Assembly: GCA_003280915.1 (NCBI GenBank)
Contig: QCDL01000004.1
Coordinates: forward strand, 37,190 to 101,189
Source of the DNA: Prochlorococcus sp. AG-355-I04
GTDB taxonomy: Bacteria; Cyanobacteriota; Cyanobacteriia; PCC-6307; Cyanobiaceae
Direction: 5' to 3'
DNA: 64,000 nt
Part shown: one piece after another, positions 29,251 to 39,536 of the stretch
Layout: the number at the start of each line of letters is the position of its first letter
How positions within the stretch are numbered: the first letter of the stretch is position 1
Notes under the pieces: model-generated
The model's database searches: none
Seen by the model: the letters and a program-made list of their open reading frames with translations, nothing else
What the model was told of the DNA's origin: nothing
Position numbers and translations under genes: made by a program

Positions 29251-30444
29251 TTAATTAGTCTTTATAGCCTCAGCTTGTTTTTTTGTCCAGGATGAAACAC
29301 AAGGTATGCGATTAAGATCACATCTATTGGAGTATTTTTTAGCAACTTCAACAACTTCTTCTAATAAGCCATTATCGAGAGTAGTTGGGTTTAAACCTAA
29401 TTCTATAAAGCATTTATTATCAACAATTAGATCATTTTCTACTGCTTCATTCCTTGGATTTGGTAAATAATTGATATCAGCTCCAGTTAGAGAAGCAACT
29501 TTTTTAGCTAGTTCTCCAACTTGATGACTCTCAGTCATTTGATTAAAGATTTTGACTCTTTCTCCAGATTTTGGAGGATTTTCAAGAGCAAGTTGTACGC
29601 ATTTTACAGAGTCTTTTATATGTATAAATGCTCTTGTTTGCCCTCCTGTCCCATGAACACTTAATGGATATCCAATTGCAGCTTGCATTAGAAATCTGTT
29701 TAAAACAGTTCCATAATCTCCGTCATAGTCAAATCGGTTTGTCAATCTAGGATCTTTTAAAGTTGCTTCTGTATTTGTTCCCCAAACAATGCCTTGATGT
29801 AGATCAGTGATCCTTACAAGATCATTTTTGTTGTAGTAAAGAAATAATAATTGATCTAAAGTTTTAGTCATATGGTAGACACTACCTGGGCTTGCAGGGT
29901 GTAATATTTCTTCTTCAAAGCGGCTTCCATCAGGTTGTGGAACTTCAACTTTTAGATATCCTTCTGGAATTGTTGCACCTCTATGTGATCCATATCCGTA
30001 GACTCCCATTGTTCCTAAATGAACAACATGAATATCTAAATTACTCTCTACTATCGCAGCAAGTAGATTGTGGGTGCCATTAACATTATTATCTACTGTA
30101 TATCTTTTGGTAAAACTCGATTTCATAGAGTATGGTGCTGCTCTTTGTTCTGCAAAATGGATCACGGAATCTGGTTTTTCATTAATGAGCAAATTGAGTA
30201 ATTTTTGATATTGCTTAGAGATATCCATGTTAAGAAATCTCATAGGCTTGCCTCCAGTCTCTTCCCATGCAGAAAGTCGTTCCGTTATGGAAGAAATTGG
30301 AGTTAAAGATTCTACCTCTAGATCAATATCAATTTTTCTACGACTTAAATTGTCGACAATAATTACATCATGATTTTGCTCTGCTAAATTCACCGCACAA
30401 GGCCAACCGCAAAAACCATCTCCACCTAGAACAATAACTTTCAC
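29251..30444 (-). CDS. sqdB: UDP-sulfoquinovose synthase
   Basis: GGDGFCGWP, HFAEQRAAPYSM, GTMGVYG, YHMTK, TDLHQGIVWG. Confidence 0.96.
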   Translation of the reverse strand: MKVIVLGGDGFCGWPCAVNLAEQNHDVIIVDNLSRRKIDIDLEVESLTPISSITERLSAWEETGGKPMRFLNMDISKQYQKLLNLLINEKPDSVIHFAEQRAAPYSMKSSFTKRYTVDNNVNGTHNLLAAIVESNLDIHVVHLGTMGVYGYGSHRGATIPEGYLKVEVPQPDGSRFEEEILHPASPGSVYHMTKTLDQLLFLYYNKNDLVRITDLHQGIVWGTNTEATLKDPRLTNRFDYDGDYGTVLNRFLMQAAIGYPLSVHGTGGQTRAFIHIKDSVKCVQLALENPPKSGERVKIFNQMTESHQVGELAKKVASLTGADINYLPNPRNEAVENDLIVDNKCFIELGLNPTTLDNGLLEEVVEVAKKYSNRCDLNRIPCVSSWTKKQAEAIKTN

Positions 30445-30614
30445 TCAAAACTCCAGAATTAAAAGATTCATAATATATTTATTAAATTACTACAGCGTGC
30501 TTCCACTTTGCGAAAAAACATTGTAAATAGTTTCAAATCTTCTTTCTTAATACGATAGATAAAAGCAAATATTAAATTTTTACTTTCTTTTTAAACTTTT
30601 CACAATTTAGAGAA

Positions 30615-31409
30615 TTAGATAGATATATTTTTTTCCGGCGAACTTGCTACAGCAAAATCTTGTTTTTTAATTCTTCCTGCTAGAAAAGCTTGCCTGCCAG
30701 CTTTCACACTATAATTTATCGCTTGAGCCATTAGAGGAGGATTTGCAGCTTGTGCTATTGCACTATTGATTAGAACACCATCAGCTCCAATTTCCATAGC
30801 TTGAGAAGCTTCACTGGGCACCCCAATTCCTGCGTCAATTATTACTGGCACTTTTGCATTCTCAATAATAATCCTTATATTTGATAAATTTAACAAACCT
30901 TGCCCAGAGCCTATGGGAGAGCCCAATGGCATTACAGTTGCACAACCTATTTCTTCTAGTCTTTTTGCAAGAATAGGATCTGCATTGATATAAGGTAGTA
31001 CAGCGAAACCCTTTTTTATTAAAATTTCTGCTGCTTTAAGAGTTTCTATTGGATCTGGTAGTAAATACTTTTTGTCAGGAATAACTTCTAACTTCACAAA
31101 ATTATTTTCTTCTTGACCAGATAATTTTGCAAGTTCTCTACCTAAAATTGCTATTCTGACTGCCTCATCGGAATTAACACAACCAGCTGTATTAGGAAGC
31201 ATCCAGTATTTTGCCCAGTTGATCTTTTCGAGTAAATTTTCTCCGGTCTGATCATTTTTAATTCTTCTAACAGCGACGGTTATAATTTCCGTTTCAGAAT
31301 TTGACAAACTTTCCACCATATCTTGAGAAGATTTGTATTTGCCAGTACCAACCATTAACCTACTGGAAAATTGTTTTCCACCAATTAGTAAAGAAGAATA
31401 ATTTTCCAT
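30615..31409 (-). CDS. thiG: Thiazole synthase
   Basis: [40 protein letters not shown]. Confidence 0.97.
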   Translation of the reverse strand: MENYSSLLIGGKQFSSRLMVGTGKYKSSQDMVESLSNSETEIITVAVRRIKNDQTGENLLEKINWAKYWMLPNTAGCVNSDEAVRIAILGRELAKLSGQEENNFVKLEVIPDKKYLLPDPIETLKAAEILIKKGFAVLPYINADPILAKRLEEIGCATVMPLGSPIGSGQGLLNLSNIRIIIENAKVPVIIDAGIGVPSEASQAMEIGADGVLINSAIAQAANPPLMAQAINYSVKAGRQAFLAGRIKKQDFAVASSPEKNISI

Positions 31410-31411
31410 AT

Positions 31412-31969
31412 TTAGAATCCTTTATCTTTAATACCTTTATAGGGTTCATAATTGTTTCTTTTTTCTAACTCCTTACTTTTTTTAATTGCTGTTTTGTTTT
31501 TTGGATCTATCACCAAAACCTTTTGATAAGTTTCATATGCCAAGTCGTACTCAAGTAAACGCTGTTGTGCTGATGCGAGGTTATTTAGGGCTATAGGATA
31601 TTCTGGAAGTGATTTTATTGCAGATTTATAGTGTTTAATTGCTTTCTTAAATTCATTTTGAGCAGCATAAGAAAATCCTAAAGCATTATTTATTATCGCT
31701 TTGGCTTCATCAGGTTCATTTTCATAATTTTCAATTGCTTTTAAAAAAGTTTTAGTAGCTTCAGAATATAATCTTTTTTTTATTTGAATAGACCCAAATT
31801 CATATAATTCTGTAGCTTGAGTGAGAGAATCTAAACCTTTTTGCTCGAATTTTACTAAATTTAATTCTTCACTTCTTGTTTTTAGAAATTGTCTGAATAC
31901 AAAAATAGAAATTATTATTAATACAACAAAAAGAATTATTAAATAAGATTGAAAGGAAGATATTTCCAT
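31412..31969 (-). CDS. ycf37: TPR protein, photosystem I assembly factor Ycf37-like
   Basis: N-terminal TM segment and three TPR-like repeats ([15 protein letters not shown]); lies between rplT and thiG. Confidence 0.75.
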   Translation of the reverse strand: MEISSFQSYLIILFVVLIIISIFVFRQFLKTRSEELNLVKFEQKGLDSLTQATELYEFGSIQIKKRLYSEATKTFLKAIENYENEPDEAKAIINNALGFSYAAQNEFKKAIKHYKSAIKSLPEYPIALNNLASAQQRLLEYDLAYETYQKVLVIDPKNKTAIKKSKELEKRNNYEPYKGIKDKGF

Positions 31970-32005
31970 TATTTATTATTACTTTTCTAGATTATATTCT
32001 TTTTT

Positions 32006-32353
32006 CTACTTACTAACGGAAGAAACAATTTTTTCAAAACACTTAGGATCGTTTAAGGCTAATTGAGCAAGCATTTTTCTGTTAATGATAATTTCTGCAT
32101 TTTTCATCCCATTTATTAACTTGCTATAGTTTGTTCCATTTATTCTCGCAGATGCGTTAATTCTAGAGATCCAAAGTCTTCTAAAATCTCTTTTTCTTCT
32201 TCTTCTATCCCTATAAGCATTACAAAGAGCTTTCATCACTCTTTGGTTTGCGGTTCTGAAAAGATTTTTGTTGCCACCTCTAAAACCTTTTGCAAGATTT
32301 AAGATTTTGTTTCTTCTTTTTCTGGCTATGTTGCCTCTTTTTACCCGTGCCAT
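32006..32353 (-). CDS. rplT: 50S ribosomal protein L20
   Basis: [38 protein letters not shown]. Confidence 0.98.
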   Translation of the reverse strand: MARVKRGNIARKRRNKILNLAKGFRGGNKNLFRTANQRVMKALCNAYRDRRRRKRDFRRLWISRINASARINGTNYSKLINGMKNAEIIINRKMLAQLALNDPKCFEKIVSSVSK

Positions 32354-32381
32354 GAATATCTAATAAAAATTGGTTAAGGAT

Positions 32382-32579
32382 TTATGCGTATGGAATCATT
32401 AATCTTACATTATCAGCATCTCTTTCATCAACTACAGCTTTTGTTGATAGATGTCTTTTTAATTTTGAGCTTTTATGATCAAGTAAATGATTATGGAAAG
32501 CTCTTCTTCTCATGAATTTACCCGTCGCAGTAGCTTTAAATCTTTTGGCAGCTGATTTACGAGTTTTTAGTTTAGACAT
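32382..32579 (-). CDS. rpmI: 50S ribosomal protein L35
   Basis: [21 protein letters not shown]...HNHLLDHKS; ATG at 32579. Confidence 0.97.
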
Positions 32580-32670
32580 TTCAGTCAAATGTGTTTAATT
32601 AGGATAATCTAAACCTTTATACGCATTGGTGCAAATTAAAGTTTTTAATTGATAAGGAAAGTTCTAATTT

Positions 32671-34224
32671 ATGAAACTTAAATTTGCCTTTTTAAACTTA
32701 TTTTTAGGCTGTATTTCTCTTTTAATAATAAATACTAAATTTATTTCAAATTCAAAAGGAGAAGAATTACTAAAGGTTGAACTCCATAATGAAATTAAAA
32801 AAGGAAAATTTTTAATTGGTTTAAAGCAATATTTAGGCGGGGAGAATGATAGTTTTTCGGAGAAAAAAAATATAAAATTTACAACTAATAAAGGTTTTTT
32901 AAACCTGATATCGTCCAACGGTATTAAACATAAATCAAAACAGATAAATATTACCTGGGCTGATATTCCCGTTAAAAATCCAAAAACAATTGAAAGAATT
33001 GTTTTTGGTCCTTTTGCTAGCTATGAATCGGCAAAAAAACAATCAGAGAAACTAAGAGATAAAGGATTTGAGACGACTGTTGCCTACCCTAAAAATTGGG
33101 AAGTATGGATTCCATTTCAAGATGATTTGCCAGAGCTTGAATTAAAAAATAAGATTTTCAGAAAAATAAAAAATTTTCAAATTACTCCTGTTCTTAGAAA
33201 TGACTACAGTGGTATGAAACTTGAAGGTCCTATTTATATTTATTCTGAAGAGGAAATAAAAATAAATGGTGTTAATTTTGGCAAAAATTTTTATTTAATA
33301 AAGGATTTATATGGAACTTGGACCTTAGTTCAAAAAATTGAATTTGATGACTATTTGGCAGGTGTTTTGCCATATGAAATTGGACCGAATTCTCCTTTAG
33401 AAGCACTCAAAGCTCAAGCAGTTATTGCAAGAACTTGGGGCATATTTAATTCTGATAGATTTAATATGGATAAATATCATTTATGTATAAGCACTCAATG
33501 CCAAGTTTATAAGCCTTCTGAAATTTCACATAAAAACGTACAAAAAGCCATAAAAGAAACTTCAAATTTAATTCTCACTCATGAAAATCAACCAATAAAT
33601 GCTTTTTACCATGGTTCTAATGGTGGAGTATCTGCTACTGCAGGCGAGTCTTGGCAAATTCAAGATTATTCTTATTTCAATTCAATCATTGATGGTTCTA
33701 AATCATTAAATAAAATTTTTAAACTTCCAATTACAAATGAATTTTATTTAAATAATTTTTTAGATTTTGATAAAGAACAGTTTTATGGCAGTAATCATTC
33801 TCTTTTTCGATGGAAAAAGAAAATTTCTAGTATTGAAATTAAAGAAAAGTTAATTAAAAATAAACTTATAAATATTAATGACGATGTTTTGGATTTAAAT
33901 TCTATTGAACGTGGATCTAGTGGCAGAGTGACAAAATTGGAAATACAAACGGACAAGGGTAATAAATCTATTGTTCTTGTTAAAGATGATATTCGACGGG
34001 TATTAAATTTTATACCTAGTAATTTGTTTACTATTAATAAATTAAATAATGATTTATGGCTTTTGAGAGGAGGAGGCTTCGGTCATGGTGTAGGTTTATC
34101 TCAGTCAGGAGCAATTGAAATGGCTAAATTAGGATTCTCTTATGAACAAATATTGAATCATTACTATCGAAATGCAAAACTAAAAAAAATTGAGATATTG
34201 TCTCAATGGCAGTTAAGTAATTAA
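32671..34224 (+). CDS. SpoIID/LytB-domain peptidoglycan lytic transglycosylase-like protein
   Basis: N-terminal signal/TM, YLAGVLPYEIG, EALKAQAVIART, CQVY, GFGHGVGLSQSGA...ILNHYY. Confidence 0.88.
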   Translation: MKLKFAFLNLFLGCISLLIINTKFISNSKGEELLKVELHNEIKKGKFLIGLKQYLGGENDSFSEKKNIKFTTNKGFLNLISSNGIKHKSKQINITWADIPVKNPKTIERIVFGPFASYESAKKQSEKLRDKGFETTVAYPKNWEVWIPFQDDLPELELKNKIFRKIKNFQITPVLRNDYSGMKLEGPIYIYSEEEIKINGVNFGKNFYLIKDLYGTWTLVQKIEFDDYLAGVLPYEIGPNSPLEALKAQAVIARTWGIFNSDRFNMDKYHLCISTQCQVYKPSEISHKNVQKAIKETSNLILTHENQPINAFYHGSNGGVSATAGESWQIQDYSYFNSIIDGSKSLNKIFKLPITNEFYLNNFLDFDKEQFYGSNHSLFRWKKKISSIEIKEKLIKNKLININDDVLDLNSIERGSSGRVTKLEIQTDKGNKSIVLVKDDIRRVLNFIPSNLFTINKLNNDLWLLRGGGFGHGVGLSQSGAIEMAKLGFSYEQILNHYYRNAKLKKIEILSQWQLSN

Positions 34225-34236
34225 CAATTTACTTTT

Positions 34237-35538
34237 ATGAGTAAGGGTTTTTATAAAAATCGAAGATTGAAGTCGTTTATATTTCTTAGTGCTTGTTTTT
34301 TAGTAGCTTTTATTCCTCATGCTAACAATATCGAAAATTTCTTTTACATAATATTGACTCTTTCTTTTGTGATTGTTTTTTACGGTTTAATAGTAATTTC
34401 TAGAAATTTCAAAAGGAATAACGTTTTAAATACTGTAAGCAGAAGAATTAGCAATAAAGAGTTACCTGTGCTTGATATTTTAGTCGCAGCTAGAGATGAA
34501 GAGAATGTCATATCAAGATTAGTTGAGAGATTATTTAGTTTAGATTATCCAACAAATAAATTAAATATTTACATAATCGATGATGGTAGTTCTGATAAGA
34601 CGCCTTTAATTTTAGATCGATTATCTAGACAATATGACAAGCTAAAAGTCATAAGTCGTTCTCCAAATGCAGGAGGAGGAAAGTCAGGAGCTTTGAATTA
34701 TGCCTTGAAATTTACCCATGGTGAATGGTTATTAGTTTTGGATGCTGATGCTGAATTAAAACAAGATTCTTTGATAAGATTATTTAGTTTTGTAGAAGAG
34801 GGTGATTGGTCTGCAGTTCAACTAAGAAAATCAGTAACAAATGTAAGTAAGAATTTTTTAACTTCCTGTCAGTCAATGGAGATGGCTATGGATGCAATCT
34901 TTCAGTATGGAAGATTATCAGTTGCTGGAGTTTCCGAATTAAGGGGAAATGGTCAATTAATTCAGAAAGAAACATTATTAGCATGTGGTTCTTTTAATGA
35001 AGATACAGTTACAGACGATCTTGATTTGAGTTTAAGATTATTATTATCAAAATCTAGAATTGGAATCTTGTGGGATCCTCCAGTCATGGAGGAGGCAGTT
35101 GAGAATTTAAATGCTTTATTAGCGCAAAGGCAAAGATGGGCAGAGGGGGGGTTGCAAAGATTCTTCGATTATGGAGATCAATTATTTACTAATAAAATTG
35201 ATTATTTGCAGAAATTTGATTTAACTTACTTTTTCATCTTGCAATACGCATTACCAATCATTTCTATTTTTGATTTAGTTTTCAGTTTTGCTTTTTTAGA
35301 TTCACCAATTTATTGGCCTATTTCATTTACAGCTTTTATGTTATCTGGAATTGCTTTTTGGTACGGTTCTTCTTGTAAAAGTGAAGTACCTGTATTGCAA
35401 AAAAGCAATTTTTTGATGGTATTTGTATCGGTTTTTTATTTATCACATTGGTTTTTAGTAATCCCTTGGGTAACTATAAAGATGTCTATTTTTCCTAAAA
35501 AGATACTCTGGCGAAAGACTCTTCATACTGGAGTTTAA
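34237..35538 (+). CDS. mgdA: GT2 glycosyltransferase, probable monoglucosyldiacylglycerol synthase
   Basis: AARDEE, IDDGS, GKSGALN, DAD, TDDLD and QRQRWAEGGLQRFFDY match the cyanobacterial MgdA type; TM segments at both ends. Confidence 0.7.
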   Translation: MSKGFYKNRRLKSFIFLSACFLVAFIPHANNIENFFYIILTLSFVIVFYGLIVISRNFKRNNVLNTVSRRISNKELPVLDILVAARDEENVISRLVERLFSLDYPTNKLNIYIIDDGSSDKTPLILDRLSRQYDKLKVISRSPNAGGGKSGALNYALKFTHGEWLLVLDADAELKQDSLIRLFSFVEEGDWSAVQLRKSVTNVSKNFLTSCQSMEMAMDAIFQYGRLSVAGVSELRGNGQLIQKETLLACGSFNEDTVTDDLDLSLRLLLSKSRIGILWDPPVMEEAVENLNALLAQRQRWAEGGLQRFFDYGDQLFTNKIDYLQKFDLTYFFILQYALPIISIFDLVFSFAFLDSPIYWPISFTAFMLSGIAFWYGSSCKSEVPVLQKSNFLMVFVSVFYLSHWFLVIPWVTIKMSIFPKKILWRKTLHTGV

Positions 35539-35539
35539 T

Positions 35540-37297
35540 CTATTCATCAAAGTCTATAATTTCTCCATTAAAAAAATTTGCTAAGTTTTTTGAACTATCA
35601 TCATAAGTTTCCTCGTTAGATATTTTTGTTGACGAATTAGTTTTTGGTTCTATTTTTTTTATTGGTAGGAAATTATTTACTTTATTTTGGGTTATTTCTG
35701 GAGTGATTGTTGGGTTAATTTTATTTAATTGTCTGGTTGAAAAATTAAGTATTATTCCATCTCCAAATATCTTTTTTACAGTATTTTCAATTATAACTTT
35801 TCTGCTTTTTATCATACTTTCCCAGTTTGGAGATAATGCAATTGTGATTTGCTCCGAATCAAAACTTTCAAGTTCGGCTTGTTGTGAAAGTAACATTCTT
35901 GTTGATGGTAACTCTACTTTAGAAAGAATTAATTCCCATTTATCTTTTAAATTTGATCCAGGATTATTTTGGTTATTTTCAGAAATATTTTCAATACTTT
36001 CTTTTTCAAGAACTTCAAATTTTTTTAATTTTTCGTCTTTTTTTTCTACCAATTCCTTGGGAGTTATCTCTTCTTGGATACTTGGTTTTGGAATCTCATC
36101 TGAAATATTTTCTTTATTAATCGGAATGTTTTTTCTTCTTTCATGATTCTCCTCAGTCGCATTATTTTTACTTTCTTGTTTATTTTCAAAACTATTTATC
36201 TCTTGACTATCTAGAAGACCAGTTAAATGTATTTCAAACCAAAGCCTTGGATTATCACTTGATTTGATTTGATATTCAATATTTCTCAGATTATTATGCC
36301 AATTAATTATTGTTGATTTATTTATTGTTTTTGAGATTTTATCTAACTCATCTCGAAATTCATCAGACGTATAGTAAAGATCTGAATATTTATTATTTGT
36401 AGTGTGTAATAGTAGATCTCTTGTTATATTCAATAATCCGATAATTATTTGAAGAGGTTCGTTTCCGGCATCATATAATTTGTTGCAAATGTCAATTAAT
36501 GACTCTGGATTATTCTCAACCAATGATTTAATCAGATTTGTTAATTCACTTTCTGATACTTCTCCTAGGAGGTTTTGGATATTATTAATTGTTATCCCTT
36601 CTGGTAAAAGATTCAATTGTTCAAGGAGGCTTTGTGCATCTCTCATACCTCCATTAGACCTTTTTGCAATCATTTTTAACGCCTTAACTTCGTACTTAAT
36701 GGATTCTTTTTCGGCGATTTCTGATAAATGTTGAAAAATATCAATAGGGCTTATTCTTCTAAAATCAAACTTTTGGCATCTACTTTTTATTGTACTTAAT
36801 ACTCTCTCAGGATTTGTCGTCGCAAGTATAAATACAACTCTTGAGGGCGGTTCTTCAATAGTTTTTAGTAAAGCATTTGAAGCTGCCGTTGAAAGCATAT
36901 GACATTCATCAATTACATAGACTTTCCATCTCGCTTGAGTAGGTGCAAATCTCGCTCTTTCTATAATTTCTCTTATATTTTCTACTCCTGTATTTGATGC
37001 TGCATCAATCTCTATAATATCTAAAGCGCTCCCATCTGTAATTTGTCTACATAAGTCACATTTACAACAAGGAGTTATCGTAGGTTGGTGGAATGCCTGG
37101 CAATTTAGAGATTTTGCAAATATTCTTGCACTTGATGTTTTTCCAGTGCCTCTTGGACCATTAAAAAGATATGCAGGAGCAATTTTTTTTGTTAATAGAG
37201 CTTGTTTGAGTGTAATGGATATAAATTTTTGCCCAACCAGTTCGTCTAAGTTGTTTGGTCTATATTTTTGATGAAAAGGCTTATGTATATTTGACAT
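35540..37297 (-). CDS. dnaX: DNA polymerase III subunits gamma/tau
   Basis: KYRP, GPRGTGKT, Zn motif, IDECHML, NALLKTIEEPP, SRCQ. Confidence 0.96.
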   Translation of the reverse strand: MSNIHKPFHQKYRPNNLDELVGQKFISITLKQALLTKKIAPAYLFNGPRGTGKTSSARIFAKSLNCQAFHQPTITPCCKCDLCRQITDGSALDIIEIDAASNTGVENIREIIERARFAPTQARWKVYVIDECHMLSTAASNALLKTIEEPPSRVVFILATTNPERVLSTIKSRCQKFDFRRISPIDIFQHLSEIAEKESIKYEVKALKMIAKRSNGGMRDAQSLLEQLNLLPEGITINNIQNLLGEVSESELTNLIKSLVENNPESLIDICNKLYDAGNEPLQIIIGLLNITRDLLLHTTNNKYSDLYYTSDEFRDELDKISKTINKSTIINWHNNLRNIEYQIKSSDNPRLWFEIHLTGLLDSQEINSFENKQESKNNATEENHERRKNIPINKENISDEIPKPSIQEEITPKELVEKKDEKLKKFEVLEKESIENISENNQNNPGSNLKDKWELILSKVELPSTRMLLSQQAELESFDSEQITIALSPNWESMIKSRKVIIENTVKKIFGDGIILNFSTRQLNKINPTITPEITQNKVNNFLPIKKIEPKTNSSTKISNEETYDDSSKNLANFFNGEIIDFDE

Positions 37298-37354
37298 TTA
37301 TTTTTCATTAATTAGAAAAATTAGGAATTCAATTAAAAAATTTAAACTCAAATT

Positions 37355-38722
37355 TTATGCAGACTCTTTAATGATTCTTTTTGATCCTGAAGGTAGTTTA
37401 ACAATTTTAGATGAGAACAAATTATCTACCATTTTTTTCGTAATTGTGAATTCTTTTACATTTTCTTCAGAAGGCAAAGTATACATAACGTCTAGCATTA
37501 GCTCTTCAATTATTGATCTTAATGCTCTTGCACCTGTTTTTCTTTTGTATGCTTCATTGGCTATCGCCTCAACAGAATCAGGCTCAAATGATAATTCAAC
37601 ATTATCCATACTTAGCAAAGTTTTGAATTGCTTTACTAATGCATCTCTTGGTTGAGTCAAAATAGATTCTAAAGTTTCTTTAGTGAGACGATCTAGTACA
37701 GCACAAACAGGAATTCTTCCAATAAATTCTGGAATTAGGCCATATTTCACTAAGTCATCTAATTCTAAATTTTTCAGGGAATCTCTTGGGTCTACTATTT
37801 TTTTTGTATCAACGTTGTTTTGATCTGAATTGGTAGTAAATCCTATAGAGTGTTTACCCATACGCTTTTGAACGATATCCTCTAAACCTATAAAAGCTCC
37901 TCCACAAATGAATAATATTTGACTCGTATCAATTTGGATGCAGTCATGATATGGGTGTTTTCTTCCGCCTTGCGGTGGCACATTAGCAATTGTTCCTTCA
38001 AGCATTTTTAATAATGCTTGCTGAACCCCTTCACCAGAGACATCTCTAGTAATTGAAGGATTCTCGCTTTTTCTTGCAATTTTATCTATTTCATCAATAT
38101 AAATAATTCCTTTTTGAGCTAGTTCCACATTCATTTCTGATTTCTGTAGAAGTCTTAACAGTATGTTTTCAACATCCTCCCCAACATATCCAGCTTCTGT
38201 TAATGTCGTTGCATCAGCTACTGCAAAAGGAACATCCAGAAACTCTGCTAAAGTTTGCGCCAATAATGTTTTCCCACTTCCAGTAGGACCGATGAGTAAT
38301 ATATTTGATTTTTGTAATTTAGTTGCTTGTGAATCTGTTGAATTGTTATTTTTACTATCTTCTTTAACTTTCCAAGCTAATCGCTTGTAGTGATTGTATA
38401 CAGCTACTGATAAGATTTTTTTTGCAGATTCTTGTCCAACAACTTGATTATCTAGAAAATTTTTAATTTCTAAAGGCTTAGGAATTGAGGTTAGTTCTAA
38501 AGGAACAGATTTTTTTGGATTATCAGTTGGTAATTTCTTTTTAACTTGCGGTGAGTTGTTTGTGTTCGCTTGGTTATCAAGTAGTTCTTCATCGAGAATT
38601 TCATTACATAGGTCTATGCACTCATCACAGATATAAACCCCAGGACCAGCTATAAGCTTTCTTACTTGGTCTTGTGATTTCCCGCAAAATGAACATTTAA
38701 GATGGGCGTCGAATTTAGCCAT
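37355..38722 (-). CDS. clpX: ATP-dependent Clp protease ATP-binding subunit ClpX
   Basis: CSFCGK zinc domain, [33 protein letters not shown]. Confidence 0.98.
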   Translation of the reverse strand: MAKFDAHLKCSFCGKSQDQVRKLIAGPGVYICDECIDLCNEILDEELLDNQANTNNSPQVKKKLPTDNPKKSVPLELTSIPKPLEIKNFLDNQVVGQESAKKILSVAVYNHYKRLAWKVKEDSKNNNSTDSQATKLQKSNILLIGPTGSGKTLLAQTLAEFLDVPFAVADATTLTEAGYVGEDVENILLRLLQKSEMNVELAQKGIIYIDEIDKIARKSENPSITRDVSGEGVQQALLKMLEGTIANVPPQGGRKHPYHDCIQIDTSQILFICGGAFIGLEDIVQKRMGKHSIGFTTNSDQNNVDTKKIVDPRDSLKNLELDDLVKYGLIPEFIGRIPVCAVLDRLTKETLESILTQPRDALVKQFKTLLSMDNVELSFEPDSVEAIANEAYKRKTGARALRSIIEELMLDVMYTLPSEENVKEFTITKKMVDNLFSSKIVKLPSGSKRIIKESA

Positions 38723-38826
38723 CGATTATAAGTTTTAATGTGAAAGGTGTTAAATATTCCCTATTCACTAGGATTGCTTATAAATTTCGATTCGTCATCA
38801 TATTCTTAAAAAATCTGCATTCCTTG

Positions 38827-39471
38827 TCACTTTTTGATAACTTTATCAATTAATCCATATTCGACCGCTTCTGAGGGAGATAAAAAGTAATCTCTTTCTG
38901 TATCTTCATTAATTTTTTCTAAAGGTTGACCAGTATGTTCTGCTAAAAGAGAATTTAATGTTTTCTTGAGAAAAAGTATTTCTTTAGCTTGTATTTCAAT
39001 TTCTATTGCCTGACCTTGTGCACCTCCAAGAGGCTGATGAATCATAATCCTAGAGTTAGGTAAAGCCAATCTTTTACCCTTTGCTCCTCCAGAAAGCAGA
39101 AATGCCCCCATACTTGCCGCTACGCCAAAGCATATTGTCACTACATCAGGGGATATTTGTTGCATAGTATCGTATATGGCCATTCCTGCAGTTACTGAGC
39201 CTCCAGGAGAATTGATATATATTTGGATGTCTTTTTCTGGATCTTCAGCTTCAAGAAATAATAATTGTGCAACAAGTGAGTCAGATACTTGATCATTAAT
39301 TCCAGTACCTAAAAAAATTATTCTCTCCCTCAATAGTCTTGAATATATGTCAAAAGCTCTTTCTCCTCTACCTGATTGTTCAATAACGGTAGGCACAGCG
39401 GCAATAGTTTGATTATTACTTTCGTAAGAACTTATTGAGCTTTGGATTAAATGTTTTTTTTCTGAGTTCAC
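38827..39471 (-). CDS. clpP: ATP-dependent Clp protease proteolytic subunit
   Basis: YINSPGG, AASMG (Ser), IHQP (His), DTERD (Asp). Confidence 0.97.
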   Translation of the reverse strand: MNSEKKHLIQSSISSYESNNQTIAAVPTVIEQSGRGERAFDIYSRLLRERIIFLGTGINDQVSDSLVAQLLFLEAEDPEKDIQIYINSPGGSVTAGMAIYDTMQQISPDVVTICFGVAASMGAFLLSGGAKGKRLALPNSRIMIHQPLGGAQGQAIEIEIQAKEILFLKKTLNSLLAEHTGQPLEKINEDTERDYFLSPSEAVEYGLIDKVIKK

Positions 39472-39536
39472 AAATTAGTTTGCTTCTTATAAGTAATTTA
39501 AGGGGTTTTTGTTTAATTAGTAGGAAATTTCATAAA

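Noticed and set aside
30445-30614. An open stretch of about 46 codons on the minus strand between thiG and sqdB
   Set aside because: No plausible early start codon and no motif; more likely the sqdB promoter region.
34207-34224. Possible stop-loss (TGA to TGG) extending the SpoIID-like protein by WQLSN
   Set aside because: It cannot be established without orthologue alignment, and the effect would be trivial.
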